Positions 51,240 through 64,000 of a stretch of DNA of 64,000 nucleotides are shown piece by piece; position 1 is the stretch's first letter, and each line of letters opens with the position of its first letter. The stretch covers positions 18,939,968-19,003,967 of the forward strand of contig NC_068993.1 of NCBI RefSeq assembly GCF_001194135.2. The letters are read 5' to 3'. The stretch is from Octopus bimaculoides. Lineage: Eukaryota. The notes below the pieces were generated by a model. That model saw only the letters and a program-made list of their open reading frames with translations. It ran no database searches and had not been told where the DNA came from. A program made the position numbers and the translations under genes.

Positions 51240-51617
51240 CACCACCTTCATTCGACCCTTCAGGAATAGTTTCCTTCAAGTCTATTTATGGGTTAGACTA
51301 GGTACCCTGCTCGACACCTCTTCCCAGCTCTTGACCTACTGGAGGTCTAGGCTAAGCCAAATCTCAATCAACTAAAACGGTCAGTCTGTCCAGTGTCAAG
51401 AACGCCTTTCGGTTGTATGGATTTGACTCTCCATGTGCCCAAATGCAGGCGCCCACATATGGTTGTGATGCATGAGCCTTGTGTAGCCTTATCAGACGGG
51501 TAGTCATGATGGGTATACTCGGCTTCGTATATTTCCCCCAGTGTCACTTTAATGGCCTGCTCTTCACTCTCAGTCAATAATAATAATAAAAACAACAACA
51601 ACAACAACAACAACAAC

Positions 51618-51678
<61 letters not shown>
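51240..51678 (+). mobile_element. Probable retroposon 3' segment ending in an (AAT/AAC)n tail
   Basis: A higher-GC non-coding block (about 51240-51575) ends abruptly in about 100 nt of (AAT)n(AAC)n(AAT)n. Family not established. Confidence 0.4.
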
Positions 51679-51699
51679 TGATGGTGTTGAAGTAATGTG

Positions 51700-52890
51700 G
51701 AAAATCGAAAGGATGACAAATACAAAAAATGAAATATCTCAGACAGTAATGATCTTAAATATATATGAGAATCCTTAAGGAACCTGCCAATATGAGGAGT
51801 AATACAATTTTGAACAATCTATATAGCTTGTGTTCATTCCTAAATGAGTTTACAAAGAACAAGATAAAATGGAAGAAAAATAAAACTTACATCGAAAAAC
51901 AGATTAAAGTAGCGAAAATAACGGACAGAAGATTGATCACCACAGGCGAAAATACTAAAAGCAAGCATAACACCAGAACAATAGACAGAGGAAATAACAG
52001 CCGAAAGATTAACTCACACATTGCAAGATGGGCAACTGGAAAGCGCTTGGAAATGACAACGTGTCAACCTTCTGGATAAAATATCTAAAATATTAACCCC
52101 AAAGAAATTGAACATTTATTCTAAAATTTACTGAAACAACACAGTTGGAAAAATAGCATCGAATTTCACAAACTGGAAATACATAAGACATCAAAAATAT
52201 GGAGTCCGTAATCTGCTCGTTCGAATGATACAATGCCTTTGAATCTATCTTACTACAAATGGAAAAGTAGAAAACATAAATGCTTGCGGAAGAACAGTAA
52301 ATATTCCGACTTTTATATTCTTTTCAACTCTAGGTACAAGGCCTTACATTTTTTTGGTGGAGTCGTGGCCAGTCGATTAGATCGACTCGAGAATAGAGCT
52401 GCTACTTACTTTATCGATCTCAAAAGGCAAAGTCGACCTCGGCGGAGTTTGAACTCAAAACGTAAAGACAGACGAAGCACCGCTAAGCATTTCGCCCGGC
52501 GTGCTAACGTTTCTGCCAGCTCGCCTCCTCATTCCGACGTTTATATTTACTTTGAGATGATTAACAGATAACTGAAGACGGTGGAAGAAAAGCAATTGAT
52601 TGATTAGAAGAAATCTTTTGACTACTTTTGATCACCCGTAGAATCAAGAAACATTAAGACATGTAAGGCAGCTCATTGAATAGGCAAGTAGATATAACAT
52701 GCAAACAAAATACGGAAATTTCTATAATAATATAAAAGAGAATAATAACAATCAGTAGCGGAATATTTCAAGGGACCGGCTCCTCTTCATTAATGTTCGT
52801 TCCTGAATATACGTTATAAGTGAATATTCTAAAGGAAACTGGATGTGGATATAGATGCTATCGAGTCACAATCAAATATCTTTTGTGTAA
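51700..52890 (+). mobile_element. Degenerate R4/Dong-like LINE RT region, interrupted by a SINE C at 52322-52526
   Basis: GIFQG at 52760-52774 followed by ILKETGCGY...IKYLL matches GIFQGDSLSPLLF...L-x-x-T-G-x-G-Y...I-S-H-L-L-Y-M-D-D. Confidence 0.6.
52322..52526 (-). mobile_element. SINE family C
   Basis: AAAGGCAAAGTCGACCTCGGCGGAGTTTGAACTC...GCCAGCTCGCC. Confidence 0.85.
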
Positions 52891-53111
52891 GATGAGTCAG
52901 TCTCTTTACTGGAGAGAACATATATCTAGACTTTCTGTTACTGTTATCTACCAAAAGATATCGGAGGCAGAACCGCTCTTAGAAACAAATTCTGTTGGAA
53001 AAATACTCCAGAGAAATTTTCATTTGGTGACTCTTCACATAAATTTGGACCTACGTCAGAGAAAAAAAAAAAAAGAGAAAAGAAAAAAACAAGTGTTCCC
53101 GCTACGATAGT

Positions 53112-53182
<71 letters not shown>

Positions 53183-53282
53183 TTGCTGCTTTTGCTGCTG
53201 CTGCTATTAAGTAAACAAAAGCAACTGCACGCTCACTCACACCTCTTGTCACACATTCGTACAGAATAGATGTTAAAAATAA

Positions 53283-53462
53283 GGAGTAATAATGTGAGGA
53301 TAGCAGAATCGTTAGCACACCGGGGAAAATGCTTAACGGCATCTCATCTATCTTTACATTCAGAGTTCAAATTACGACGAGGTCAATTTGCCTTTCATAC
53401 TTTCGTGGTCAGTAAAGTAAGTACCCTGCCCACGAAGTTGCTGGCCTTATGCTAAAACTTTG
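53283..53462 (+). mobile_element. SINE family C, degenerate
   Basis: GCAGAATCGTTAGCACACCGGGG...GAGTTCAAATT...TTTGCCTTTCAT. Confidence 0.7.
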
Positions 53463-53610
53463 AAGCGGTAATGTATGCGAGGATGGACAAGACAAAATTA
53501 TAGAGGATGTCGTTGTACAATGAATGTAATAAAACTTAATAAACACAGAATACTTCGTTTTTGGATTTGGTTTGCAAGATTCTTTATGTGAGTTCCTGTG
53601 CTGAAACATA

Positions 53611-53836
53611 TTATGTTGTGTCTGGGGTGAGTCATTCTCTATTAGTGCCTTATAATTTAATACACACACCGGTAATATTTCCACTCATTTATTAATTTAT
53701 TTTTCCTATTGAAAATGTTGCAACACTCAACGAAAATTTTAGGAAAAATAAATAAGTAAATGAATGGAAACTTTACCGGTGAGTGTATTAAATAATAAGG
53801 CACTAAAAAAAATGACTCTCCCCAGACACAACAAAA
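53611..53836. mobile_element. Foldback/MITE-like long inverted repeat
   Basis: Arms 53611-53708 and 53740-53836 are reverse complements with scattered mismatches. 31-nt centre. Confidence 0.7.
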
Positions 53837-55729
53837 CACAGAATAAGCCTTTGTTTTCTAAATATGCTTGCAAGAGTATCTTCTCCATGGGGCTCATATT
53901 AATTATCTTATCCATTGCCTCTCTATTCATAATCAATAATTTTGTGAACTCATGATGTTACCATGAAGAGGGAAGACTCCTCATTCTTTATTTTGGTGTT
54001 TTATTGGGGTTAACTCTACTTTTTGAAGTTCATTTTTGCTTATGGCTATTTAACTTTTCTTCTATCACATTATGCACATCATTTAATGAAAAACATTGCT
54101 GATAAAAGACATCTCGTTGTAGTTCTTGTTTGGGATGAGTTGGCGGTCTGGCTTTCCAGTATTTTTAGTACCGCATGCGATGAGTAACGTGACGATGCCA
54201 CTGGAATCGCTCTCTCCCGAACAAACTGTGGAAGACGGCGCTCTGGAGTCTGGTTTCTGCAACCTTTTTGTTTCTCTATTTATTGGGGAAAATCCTTCAA
54301 GTGAGTCTTACTACCACAGCTGTAATAACTCAGCTTATTGCTCTGCGTTAGTGAAATCTGTATCCTTGTCTCATGTCTCAACTAGGGCATCTCTCTGTGA
54401 AGGCTAATATTTCTGTTTTGTCTTCTTCGGTTTCCTAAATATATTAATAAGTGCATGTGCTTGCATGCATTTTTGTTACTATTTGTATATCGTGCAAATT
54501 CCCATTTTAAGAATTTGCTCATGCCTTCATCTGGTTATGCTTTCTCGTGTACTGATTGTTTCAATATCATTTTTCTCTTTGTTTTTGAAAGTTTGCTTAT
54601 CATTTTTGTTTATGTTGCTAAGAAGGAGAATCACTACCACTGACTTTTTTTTTATTAATATCTTTCACTACTCATCTCTCACAGGAAGAGATGATAAATA
54701 TTTAAATAGAAAAATAAGATGCTTTCTGACAGCAATGAATGTTGAGAAACTTTCGAATATAGCGCATTGTTCGTAAGATTTTGCCTGACAGTCTCTGACT
54801 TTACCGATTTAAACTGCTCATTATCCAGCATTTTCTAGTGCTAATTCCTTACAAATCTAGTTCAGTTTTCTCTGTACTAAAAAGCAATATTTGTAATTGA
54901 TTCGATTAACTCCCGCTTGACCAACATGTTAATCCGATCCATGTTGAGAACGACGCACTCAGATCCCAGTAATCTGGTCTGTTTCTATATCTTACCTAAT
55001 TTAATTGTGCAGATCACCAACTTTAGACAACTACACAAAATTGTGAACACACTGTGATATCCCTATCTGCTGAAGTAACGAGGTGTAAACCAAGCAGTGA
55101 AGCAGAAGACGTGTGAGTCCTGCAAGTACCTCTCACACTGTTGGCTGTCACATCCAAATATATTGATTGATGTCATTCAGAAAATGAGCATGCTTGAAAC
55201 ACCAAAAGTCATCCACGCTTTACAAAAGAGTCCCCTAATACAGCAGTGGCTGGAATTTATAGAGAGAACATGAAAACAGGGACTCACTCAGAAAGTCATG
55301 ACATATGGTTCCTAATTTTTTTGAGTACGATCTACTGAACAACGAAGGGATATGGAAGTTGCATATCATTTCGTTATAGAAATGGATGAGAACCAGGAAA
55401 GCACAAATCAGGTTTTATTTCATCCAGTTTCTATTTTGAAAGGAGACATGGTATATTGTTTTCACAATTGCAAAGCAAATATCTTTTTTGTAATATTTCA
55501 TCGCTATTGTTGTCGCTGACATTTTTGAAAACATTCTGCTCCACAAGGCACTGTCGCTATTGTTGATGGAAGACCTATTGGCATATATGCCCAAGGTAAT
55601 ATTTCATATATTTTGTATTATAAGAAAAAAAATCTTAACATAAAACTATTAAAAACTCGCTGAGTAGAATCATCATCGCCAAATGTAGACATAATGTCAA
55701 CATTACTGCCAGAAGCAGAAAAAGCATAA

Positions 55730-55730
<1 letters not shown>

Positions 55731-55826
<96 letters not shown>

Positions 55827-55860
55827 TTGGTCCGTCCGTCCGTCCGTCCGTCCGTCTGTC
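55731..55860. repeat. Compound (ATCT)n(GTCT)n(GTCC)n microsatellite
   Basis: Directly visible. Confidence 0.95.
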
Positions 55861-55928
55861 TGTTTTTTCTGACTGTCGGTCTGTATGTGCTTTCACCACT
55901 AGTAGTAGAAATAGAAAATAAATACTTC

Positions 55929-55982
<54 letters not shown>

Positions 55983-56430
55983 TACGCAAACATATACATA
56001 TGGAAATCTAACTTACGTTAGAGTAAAAAAAAAATCATGAAAAAATGAAGCGATGTGAAACAATCATTGTGACGGATAAATCCACAATAATACCAATACT
56101 ACTACTACCACTAATAATAATAATTAAAATAATAATAATGATGATAATGATGATGATGATAATAGTAATAATAATAATAACAATAATAATAAAAAAACCG
56201 ATGACGTTACATATGGTAATGGTTTTAACAGAGATACAATTCCTGGTTACTTGTCATTATACTCTGATATGTCATCTAAATATATATCTATAGGATCAAT
56301 GAGAACTTCAATATAGACAATATAGATTAATATATGGCTGTTGCTCACGAGGTATTCTACCGAAGTTAACGTTGTTCTTACATTACATATACCTAACTTT
56401 CCTGTGTATGTGTGTATATATGTATATATG

Positions 56431-56487
<57 letters not shown>

Positions 56488-56986
56488 ATATATATATATA
56501 TGCATATATATATATATNNNNNNNNNNNNNNNNNNNNNNNNNNNNNNNNNNNNNNNNNNNNNNNNNNNNNNNNNNNNNNNNNNNNNNNNNNNNNNNNNNN
56601 NNNNNNNNNNNNNNNNNNNNNNNNNNNNNNNNNNNNNNNNNNNNNNNNNNNNNNNNNNNNNNNNNNNNNNNNNNNNNNNNNNNNNNNNNNNNNNNNNNNN
56701 NNNNNNNNNNNNNNNNNNNNNNNNNNNNNNNNNNNNNNNNNNNNNNNNNNNNNNNNNNNNNNNNNNNNNNNNNNNNNNNNNNNNNNNNNNNNNNNNNNNN
56801 NNNNNNNNNNNNNNNNNNNNNNNNNNNNNNNNNNNNNNNNNNNNNNNNNNNNNNNNNNNNNNNNNNNNNNNNNNNNNNNNNNNNNNNNNNNNNNNNNNNN
56901 NNNNNNNNNNNNNNNNNNNNNNNNNNNNNNNNNNNNNNNNNNNNNNNNNNNNNNNNNNNNNNNNNNNNNNNNNNNNNNNNNNNNNN

Positions 56987-57056
<70 letters not shown>

Positions 57057-57605
57057 GCTTCTCACCACTCAATTCTCTCCGTATTTGTTAAATATTTTCC
57101 TTATTTTATCTATCTGACAATCACATACTGTCAACACATCTTTCACTTCTCATTTCCATTTTCCCTTTTTATTCCCTTAGAACTAGTAACTAAGAGACAG
57201 TTTTAGCAGGAATTTGATTAATATAGAACAGATACCATTTATGATATAACAGCAAGCTTTAAGTTAAACAAGAAACCAATTTTCTGTATGAAGGTTCCCA
57301 GTTCAAATTACGGTTGTGGCCAAATGTAATTTCTTTTTAGTTTTTGCAAGAATTTGGCTACGTATGACGCATGGCATTGTTGCTAAGATGGTCTACAATG
57401 CTATACGCAGAAAAGGGTTGTCCTGACTATCATACCAAAGACGCACTAGAACCAGAAAGTGGCCAAAACTCCGAAGTCACTGTCAATAACTCTCTTTATA
57501 AAAATAATATACACGCTAAAAATTATTGAATAATCTTTCAGTTTCATGTAAAATTGTTTTAATTATTCCTCGACATAAAAACAGACATTGATACACACAC
57601 ACACA

Positions 57606-57701
<96 letters not shown>

Positions 57702-58219
57702 CACGAGTATATTTCAGGTACCAGTGGTTATTACATAGGTCTATAGCTATAAGTTTGAAAGAGAAAAACCGATTCACTCCAGAGAGACGAACCATCAAGG
57801 GATTCTGTATTCGGTGGCACAAGTTACTAGAAATAGCAGCCAAATTGTCTCTAATATCTTAAAAATTGAATGAAACATTCCCCGACGAATTCCTGTTCTA
57901 ATTATGTATCGGAAAATATAGTCAATGATTGTAGCTGGAAGTTTTTTTTATCACAATTCTAGTCCAGTTTGGATTAGATATGGATCGAATCAACAAGAAT
58001 AACAAATATAATGTTTAAAAGAATGGTCAAAGAGTTTAACATAGTAGAGTGTATATATTCTCATATCAGGTATACTGTTCATTATAAAATAGTAATTCGA
58101 CAATGTGCTACATCATGTAAACACAGAAAGAGGAAAAGAGAGAGACAGAGTGAGGGAGAGAAAAACGTGAAATATGTTACGCATACATTGATACATACAT
58201 ATATATGTATTTATATATA

Positions 58220-58258
<39 letters not shown>

Positions 58259-58723
58259 AAATCATACACCAACATCAAGAGAAGGAATACTGGCGAAATA
58301 TTACTATGTAAACCTCTAACAGGTACAAACAACATTATGGGCCGGATATTACCGTGTGGGTGTAGAGGCGATAAATTATCTACCGTCAAAGAAATCAGCT
58401 GTCCTGCAGATGTGAATGTCTCTTGGAAAATCAAAGTGAAGGCGGACAATTACGGACAACTTTCAGCTATTATATCCAGATTATAAATCCACATTTATAC
58501 CTGCAATATTTGGTGTTCTTGGTTTTGTGAATAAATGCTGAAATGACAACTAGGATGAGCTAGGGATTTCAGAAAAGTATAACTTGTGTTGACGTTTATG
58601 TATGATTTTCAATAATATGTATAAATGTATCTTCATATACTTGGCATGTCTCACGTTTTCTTTGTGCATTTGTTTCAGTGCGTAAGATGTATGCGAGCGT
58701 GTTTGTGTTTAAGTGCACGTGCG

Positions 58724-58784
<61 letters not shown>

Positions 58785-59248
58785 NNNNNNNNNNNNNNNN
58801 NNNNNNNNNNNNNNNNNNNNNNNNNNNNNNNNNNNNNNNNNNNNNNNNNNNNNNNNNNNNNNNNNNNNNNNNNNNNNNNNNNNNNNNNNNNNNNNNNNNN
58901 NNNNNNNNNNNNNNNNNNNNNNNNNNNNNNNNNNNNNNNNNNNNNNNNNNNNNNNNNNNNNNNNNNNNNNNNNNNNNNNNNNNNNNNNNNNNNNNNNNNN
59001 NNNNNNNNNNNNNNNNNNNNNNNNNNNNNNNNNNNNNNNNNNNNNNNNNNNNNNNNNNNNNNNNNNNNNNNNNNNNNNNNNNNNNNNNNNNNNNNNNNNN
59101 NNNNNNNNNNNNNNNNNNNNNNNNNNNNNNNNNNNNNNNNNNNNNNNNNNNNNNNNNNNNNNNNNNNNNNNNNNNNNNNNNNNNNNNNNNNNNNNNNNNN
59201 NNNNNNNNNNNNNNNNNNNNNNNNNNNNNNNNNNNNNNNNNNNNNNNN

Positions 59249-59281
<33 letters not shown>

Positions 59282-59809
59282 CACACACACACACACGACA
59301 CACACAAACGTCCATACAAACATGCGTACACACGTGTGTGTTTGTAATCATATGTATGCATACACTAGAAATGTACAAAATATTAAAAAAAGGGCACACA
59401 AAACGTGGTGCTAATTAAATATTTATATTAAAAGGTTGTGTTGTTCCAGAACACTATGTTTTAATTTCGGAGGAAAGTAAGGTCTGCATTCAGCTTGATG
59501 CTTCCTCTCCATGTTTCGAAGAGTATGAGGTCTCCGCTGATGCGAGGTGAGTCTCCGGTGAATCTCAGAGATTTAAAATCAGAACGGAAGAAACAGCAAT
59601 GGATATCGGAAGACATCTCTTCTCGTACTTTAAAATTCTTCTGAAAGTTTTAGTAGCAATATCTAGGAATCATATGTAAAGTACTTACTTCATAGAACTC
59701 TTTTTCTTCAAGTGTTAAGTTACGGAACGTAGTGAGCCATAATATAACCTGTTTTCAGATTAGTGTAAATCTGAAATACGCGCCCGCATACTTACGTTGC
59801 TATATCTCT

Positions 59810-60150
59810 TAGCTTATACTTGTTTAAATCATTGAACTGTGGCCATGCTGTAACACCATGCTGAAAGGTTTAGACTAACAAATCGACCACAGTACTCAAT
59901 TTTTAGGATTGGTACTTAATCGGTCGTTTTCTTTTGCCGAACCACTAACTTTACGGAGACATAAACAAACCAGCATCGATTACTATGCGACAGGACGGAC
60001 AAACACAAGACACACACATTCATAGATACACTGACTCACAGACACGTAAACAAAAACACACGTATAACGGGCTTCTGCACTCTCTCTCTCTACCAAATTC
60101 TCACACAGGGCATTGGTCAGTTTAGGAATATAGTCATTCGTAAGGTGTCA
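59810..60150 (-). mobile_element. SINE family B, heavily degenerate
   Basis: GCCGAACCACTAAC.TTACGG.GAC.TAAAC..ACCAGCATCG and AACGGGCTTCT match family B in reverse. Confidence 0.55.
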
Positions 60151-61084
60151 CTTCTCATAGCTTCATGTTTAAACATGTATATACACAATCACATAGGCAC
60201 ATAGTCACACACATGCGTACGCACACACGCACGCACAACGCGCATATTTAAACCATAAAAATTAAGCGTGAGAGGTTGATGTATTTATTTAACAACTTGT
60301 CATCGTTAAGATTACGGAAGATTTGCATCATTCATTATGTAATAATAATTTCAATATATAATAAATTATTTTACTTGTCCGCACTAATGTGCTTGGTACG
60401 CATTATAAAATACTGTTGTTTACTTACAAATCAGTGCAGATAAAGAAAGCTAGCTCATTACTAAAGCCTCATGGTCACAGCAAACTTCAACTCTAAGTAT
60501 ATATACAAAATTTACTCTTTATATATACAATGTATGGAAGAGAGGTATTTAATAAAATTAGCTTGTTATGGCCATTAAAAATAAATATAAATGATAAATA
60601 TATTTTGTTTCATATCAAGTAGGGTGCTGGATATAAGTTCAGGGATTTGACTATCCTTCACGATAACAAAAGTCAGGAAGGGATACGGGAGGAAGTAACG
60701 TAAAATAAATTATGAAATAATGCGTATCAAAAATCTAAAATATAATATAAATGAAAACAACAGAACTCAGACCGCCGGAAGCATAAAGTTTAAAACAAGA
60801 GATGGCATTGAACTATAATTATTTTCAAATAAGCTTAAAAGGTCAAAAGACTACAAAATATTTACGATTCAAATGAATTGTAGTGAAACCAAAACAATAG
60901 TCACGCCTACATAGAAATATATACATATCTATACACCTACAGAAACGCATACGTACTTACGCAAACAATATAAATATAAATACACCTACATATATATTTA
61001 TGCAGAGAAATACATACACATAGGTATATATATATAGACACATACACACTCATATACACATATACACACAAACGCACACAGACA

Positions 61085-61148
<64 letters not shown>

Positions 61149-61154
61149 CATAAG

Positions 61155-61250
61155 AAGCCTGTTTCCCAACCACATGATCCCGGGTTCAGTCTCACTGCGT
61201 GGCACTTTGGGCAGAATATTTCTATTATACTCTCAGGCCGACCAAAGACT
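61155..61250 (+). mobile_element. 5' part of SINE family B, running into a gap
   Basis: AACCACATGATCCCGGGTTCAGTCTCACTGCGTGGCACTTTGGGCA...GGCCGACCAAAG. Confidence 0.8.
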
Positions 61251-61881
61251 NNNNNNNNNNNNNNNNNNNNNNNNNNNNNNNNNNNNNNNNNNNNNNNNNN
61301 NNNNNNNNNNNNNNNNNNNNNNNNNNNNNNNNNNNNNNNNNNNNNNNNNNNNNNNNNNNNNNNNNNNNNNNNNNNNNNNNNNNNNNNNNNNNNNNNNNNN
61401 NNNNNNNNNNNNNNNNNNNNNNNNNNNNNNNNNNNNNNNNNNNNNNNNNNNNNNNNNNNNNNNNNNNNNNNNNNNNNNNNNNNNNNNNNNNNNNNNNNNN
61501 NNNNNNNNNNNNNNNNNNNNNNNNNNNNNNNNNNNNNNNNNNNNNNNNNNNNNNNNNNNNNNNNNNNNNNNNNNNNNNNNNNNNNNNNNNNNNNNNNNNN
61601 NNNNNNNNNNNNNNNNNNNNNNNNNNNNNNNNNNNNNNNNNNNNNNNNNNNNNNNNNNNNNNNNNNNNNNNNNNNNNNNNNNNNNNNNNNNNNNNNNNNN
61701 NNNNNNNNNNNNNNNNNNNNNNNNNNNNNNNNNNNNNNNNNNNNNNNNNNNNNNNNNNNNNNNNNNNNNNNNNNNNNNNNNNNNNNNNNNNNNNNNNNNN
61801 NNNNNNNNNNNNNNNNNNNNNNNNNNNNNNNNNNNNNNNNNNNNNNNNNNNNNNNNNNNNNNNNNNNNNNNNNNNNNNNNN

Positions 61882-61916
<35 letters not shown>

Positions 61917-62299
61917 AAACATTAAAAATAAAAATTATACTTAGTAATATTAAGAATTAAAATTTATAAATTATACATTATAAATATGAATTAGTATATA
62001 TATCAGTCATGTAAAATCAAGTATATGTCAAATACAGAATGTCAGATATCAGATTATACATCAGAATGTTTAAATGTGATATATAACAAAAAAAAATACA
62101 AATACACATCTTCCTTTTTTCCTGGTACTAAAATGGTGATTAGAGAAAGAAGATAGCAGGGAGATATTGGTATTTATAGGTGATTAGTACCAAGGGAGGG
62201 GGTAATTACACTATACATAGTTTTAATTTTAAATTATCCTCTTTTATTATTTTCAAATTTACCTATATTGGGAGGTATATATAATTTGTTATTATATAA

Positions 62300-63855
62300 T
62301 TTTAGTAATATTTAATTCCTATATTTATTTAAGCTATTGCATTATTTGTTTATATAGTCTATTCAAGTGCTTTAGAAATAAAATTCTGTGGTTATTTGAT
62401 TCAGGGGTTGGGGGTTCAGTACTTCATTTTACTAAATGTAAAATTACTTTGGTGCCTACATTTCGTCCTCGTTCATCATATGTGTCTAATAATTCATCTC
62501 TAGACTGTAGTAGTTTTCTAAATTCTGTTATGCACATAACAGAATAATATTAGGAATAACCACATTTTATTCCCAATATTATAGGAGTGGGTTCTACCTA
62601 TAATACTCAAATTAAGGGTGTACTCTCTTTTTCTAGATTGAAATTCCCATATATATTTATTTAAGCTTGTAGATTTAGTTAAATTGGGATTTTTAAAGGC
62701 CTGGTAGTGTTGGGATATTCTTTTTTTAATTTCATTAGCTGTTGATCCAATATAAGCCTTATTTATAATTTTATTATTATTGTTCTTAGAGCTAACTATA
62801 CATTTATAAATTACATTATCGATATTACAATTATTAGAGAGCTTACATTTAGTCTTATCACGACATGAACATGTTTCTATATGTTGATTAAGACTTCTAT
62901 CACTATCGGTTATATTACGGCTAGAGCTATTATTTATTATGCTATTATAATAATTATTTAATTTCTTATTATTTATAGAGGAAATGATATTGCCTACATT
63001 TCTCGATGTTGAGTATCCCACTCTTATGGTTTTATTGGTTTTATTGGAAAATATATTTGAATAACTATTGTCCTTTTCAAAAAACCATTTTCACCATTTT
63101 AAGTGTCTCCTTAATAATATTAGTCATAACTTGAGCCCATACGGAATAATTAACCATATAATATCCTTTTTAGTTTTTATATTATCATTATTAGTAGATA
63201 TCATCGGTATTAAATTGTTATTCTTAGGTATATTATATATCTCCTTGTATACTTTACTATGTTTCTTACTATTGCTCATATTCTCATTATCCATATTACT
63301 ATTATTATTGTAATCATTAATAACATCTATATTCTTTTTATCTTTGTTTAGTTTGTCTTTTATTATTGTTATTCATATTCTTACTGTTAGATTTATTATT
63401 AGTTTTATTAGGAATAATTTTTTTACTATTATTATTATTAATGTGTTCATAATAATTAAAGAATTTTAGAGTTGTATCTTGCTTCTTTTAATGCTTTATG
63501 GGGCAGGTTTATTAAAAGTGTCATAATCTGAGGATAGCATAGATATTCTTTTACCTATATTATTTATTAAGGTTTCTTTAACTGATCTAGGATGGTTATT
63601 TGAAGAACTAATATACTTTACGTTTTCATTCAACCTACGGAATGGATGGATCTTATTAGTGACTAGATTAAGGTTGATGTTTAGATAATTTACTGCATAA
63701 TGCTCATTCTCTAGGTCATTATTCTTAAAGAACTTGTACATTTTCTTGTTAAGGCATTCTAATAACTTATTAGTACAATTCCTAGTTATAAGTAGTAGGT
63801 CATCCCTATAAAGACCACCCTCTATATTCGTAAATTCTATTTCTAGTTCGGAGTA
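62300..63855 (-). mobile_element. 5'-truncated, decayed Penelope-like retroelement (RT then C-terminal GIY-YIG endonuclease)
   Basis: RT catalytic GGLYRDDL (about 63800-63825), then PFRR..N...YI...NNHP...I..RIS.LSS...F, then CSCRDKTKCKLSNNC..NVIYKC...AYIGSTA...KKRISQHYQAF...STSLNKYIWE. Confidence 0.88.
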
Positions 63856-64000
63856 TTATTTCGTGATGTGAAAACTAATACCATAAGTTTACTTTCAGAT
63901 ATACTCATTAGGCTATTTTTTATATTATCTGAAATAGAATATCGATTAATCCCCCACATTTAAAATATATATATGTATTTATATATATATATATATATAT

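Noticed and set aside
59689-59770. Strong AG...GTAAGT-bounded 82-nt segment as possible exon 1 of the Notch-ligand gene
   Set aside because: No ATG-initiated signal-peptide frame reaches the donor. It could be a UTR exon but this cannot be supported.

Overview
AT-rich, repeat-dense animal genomic scaffold with 11 N-gaps. The SINE families and microsatellite load look like an octopus (cephalopod) genome; that is recognition from memory, not a database result. Almost all long entries in the ORF track are artefacts of N-gaps and microsatellites. The only convincing host coding sequence is part of a minus-strand Delta/Serrate(Jagged)-like Notch-ligand gene. Two well-spliced exons (47405-47571 and 30439-30565, separated by a 16,839-nt intron) and a possible 27-nt microexon (30321-30347) encode the N-terminal C2/MNNL domain. 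No signal-peptide, DSL or EGF exon could be found in the readable sequence. The rest is three abundant tRNA-derived SINE families and decayed CR1, RTE, R4/Dong-like, Penelope-like, Gypsy, Tigger and Mariner remnants, plus a foldback MITE. The most unusual feature is two independent ~500-bp palindromic insertions (18964-19467 and 20878-21398), each bounded by a target-site duplication. Each is a head-to-head dimer of a small element made of a tRNA-like head, an (AAT)n linker and a Penelope-type minimal hammerhead ribozyme. This suggests a Pol III-driven, ribozyme-bearing non-autonomous element mobilised by Penelope-like retroelements.
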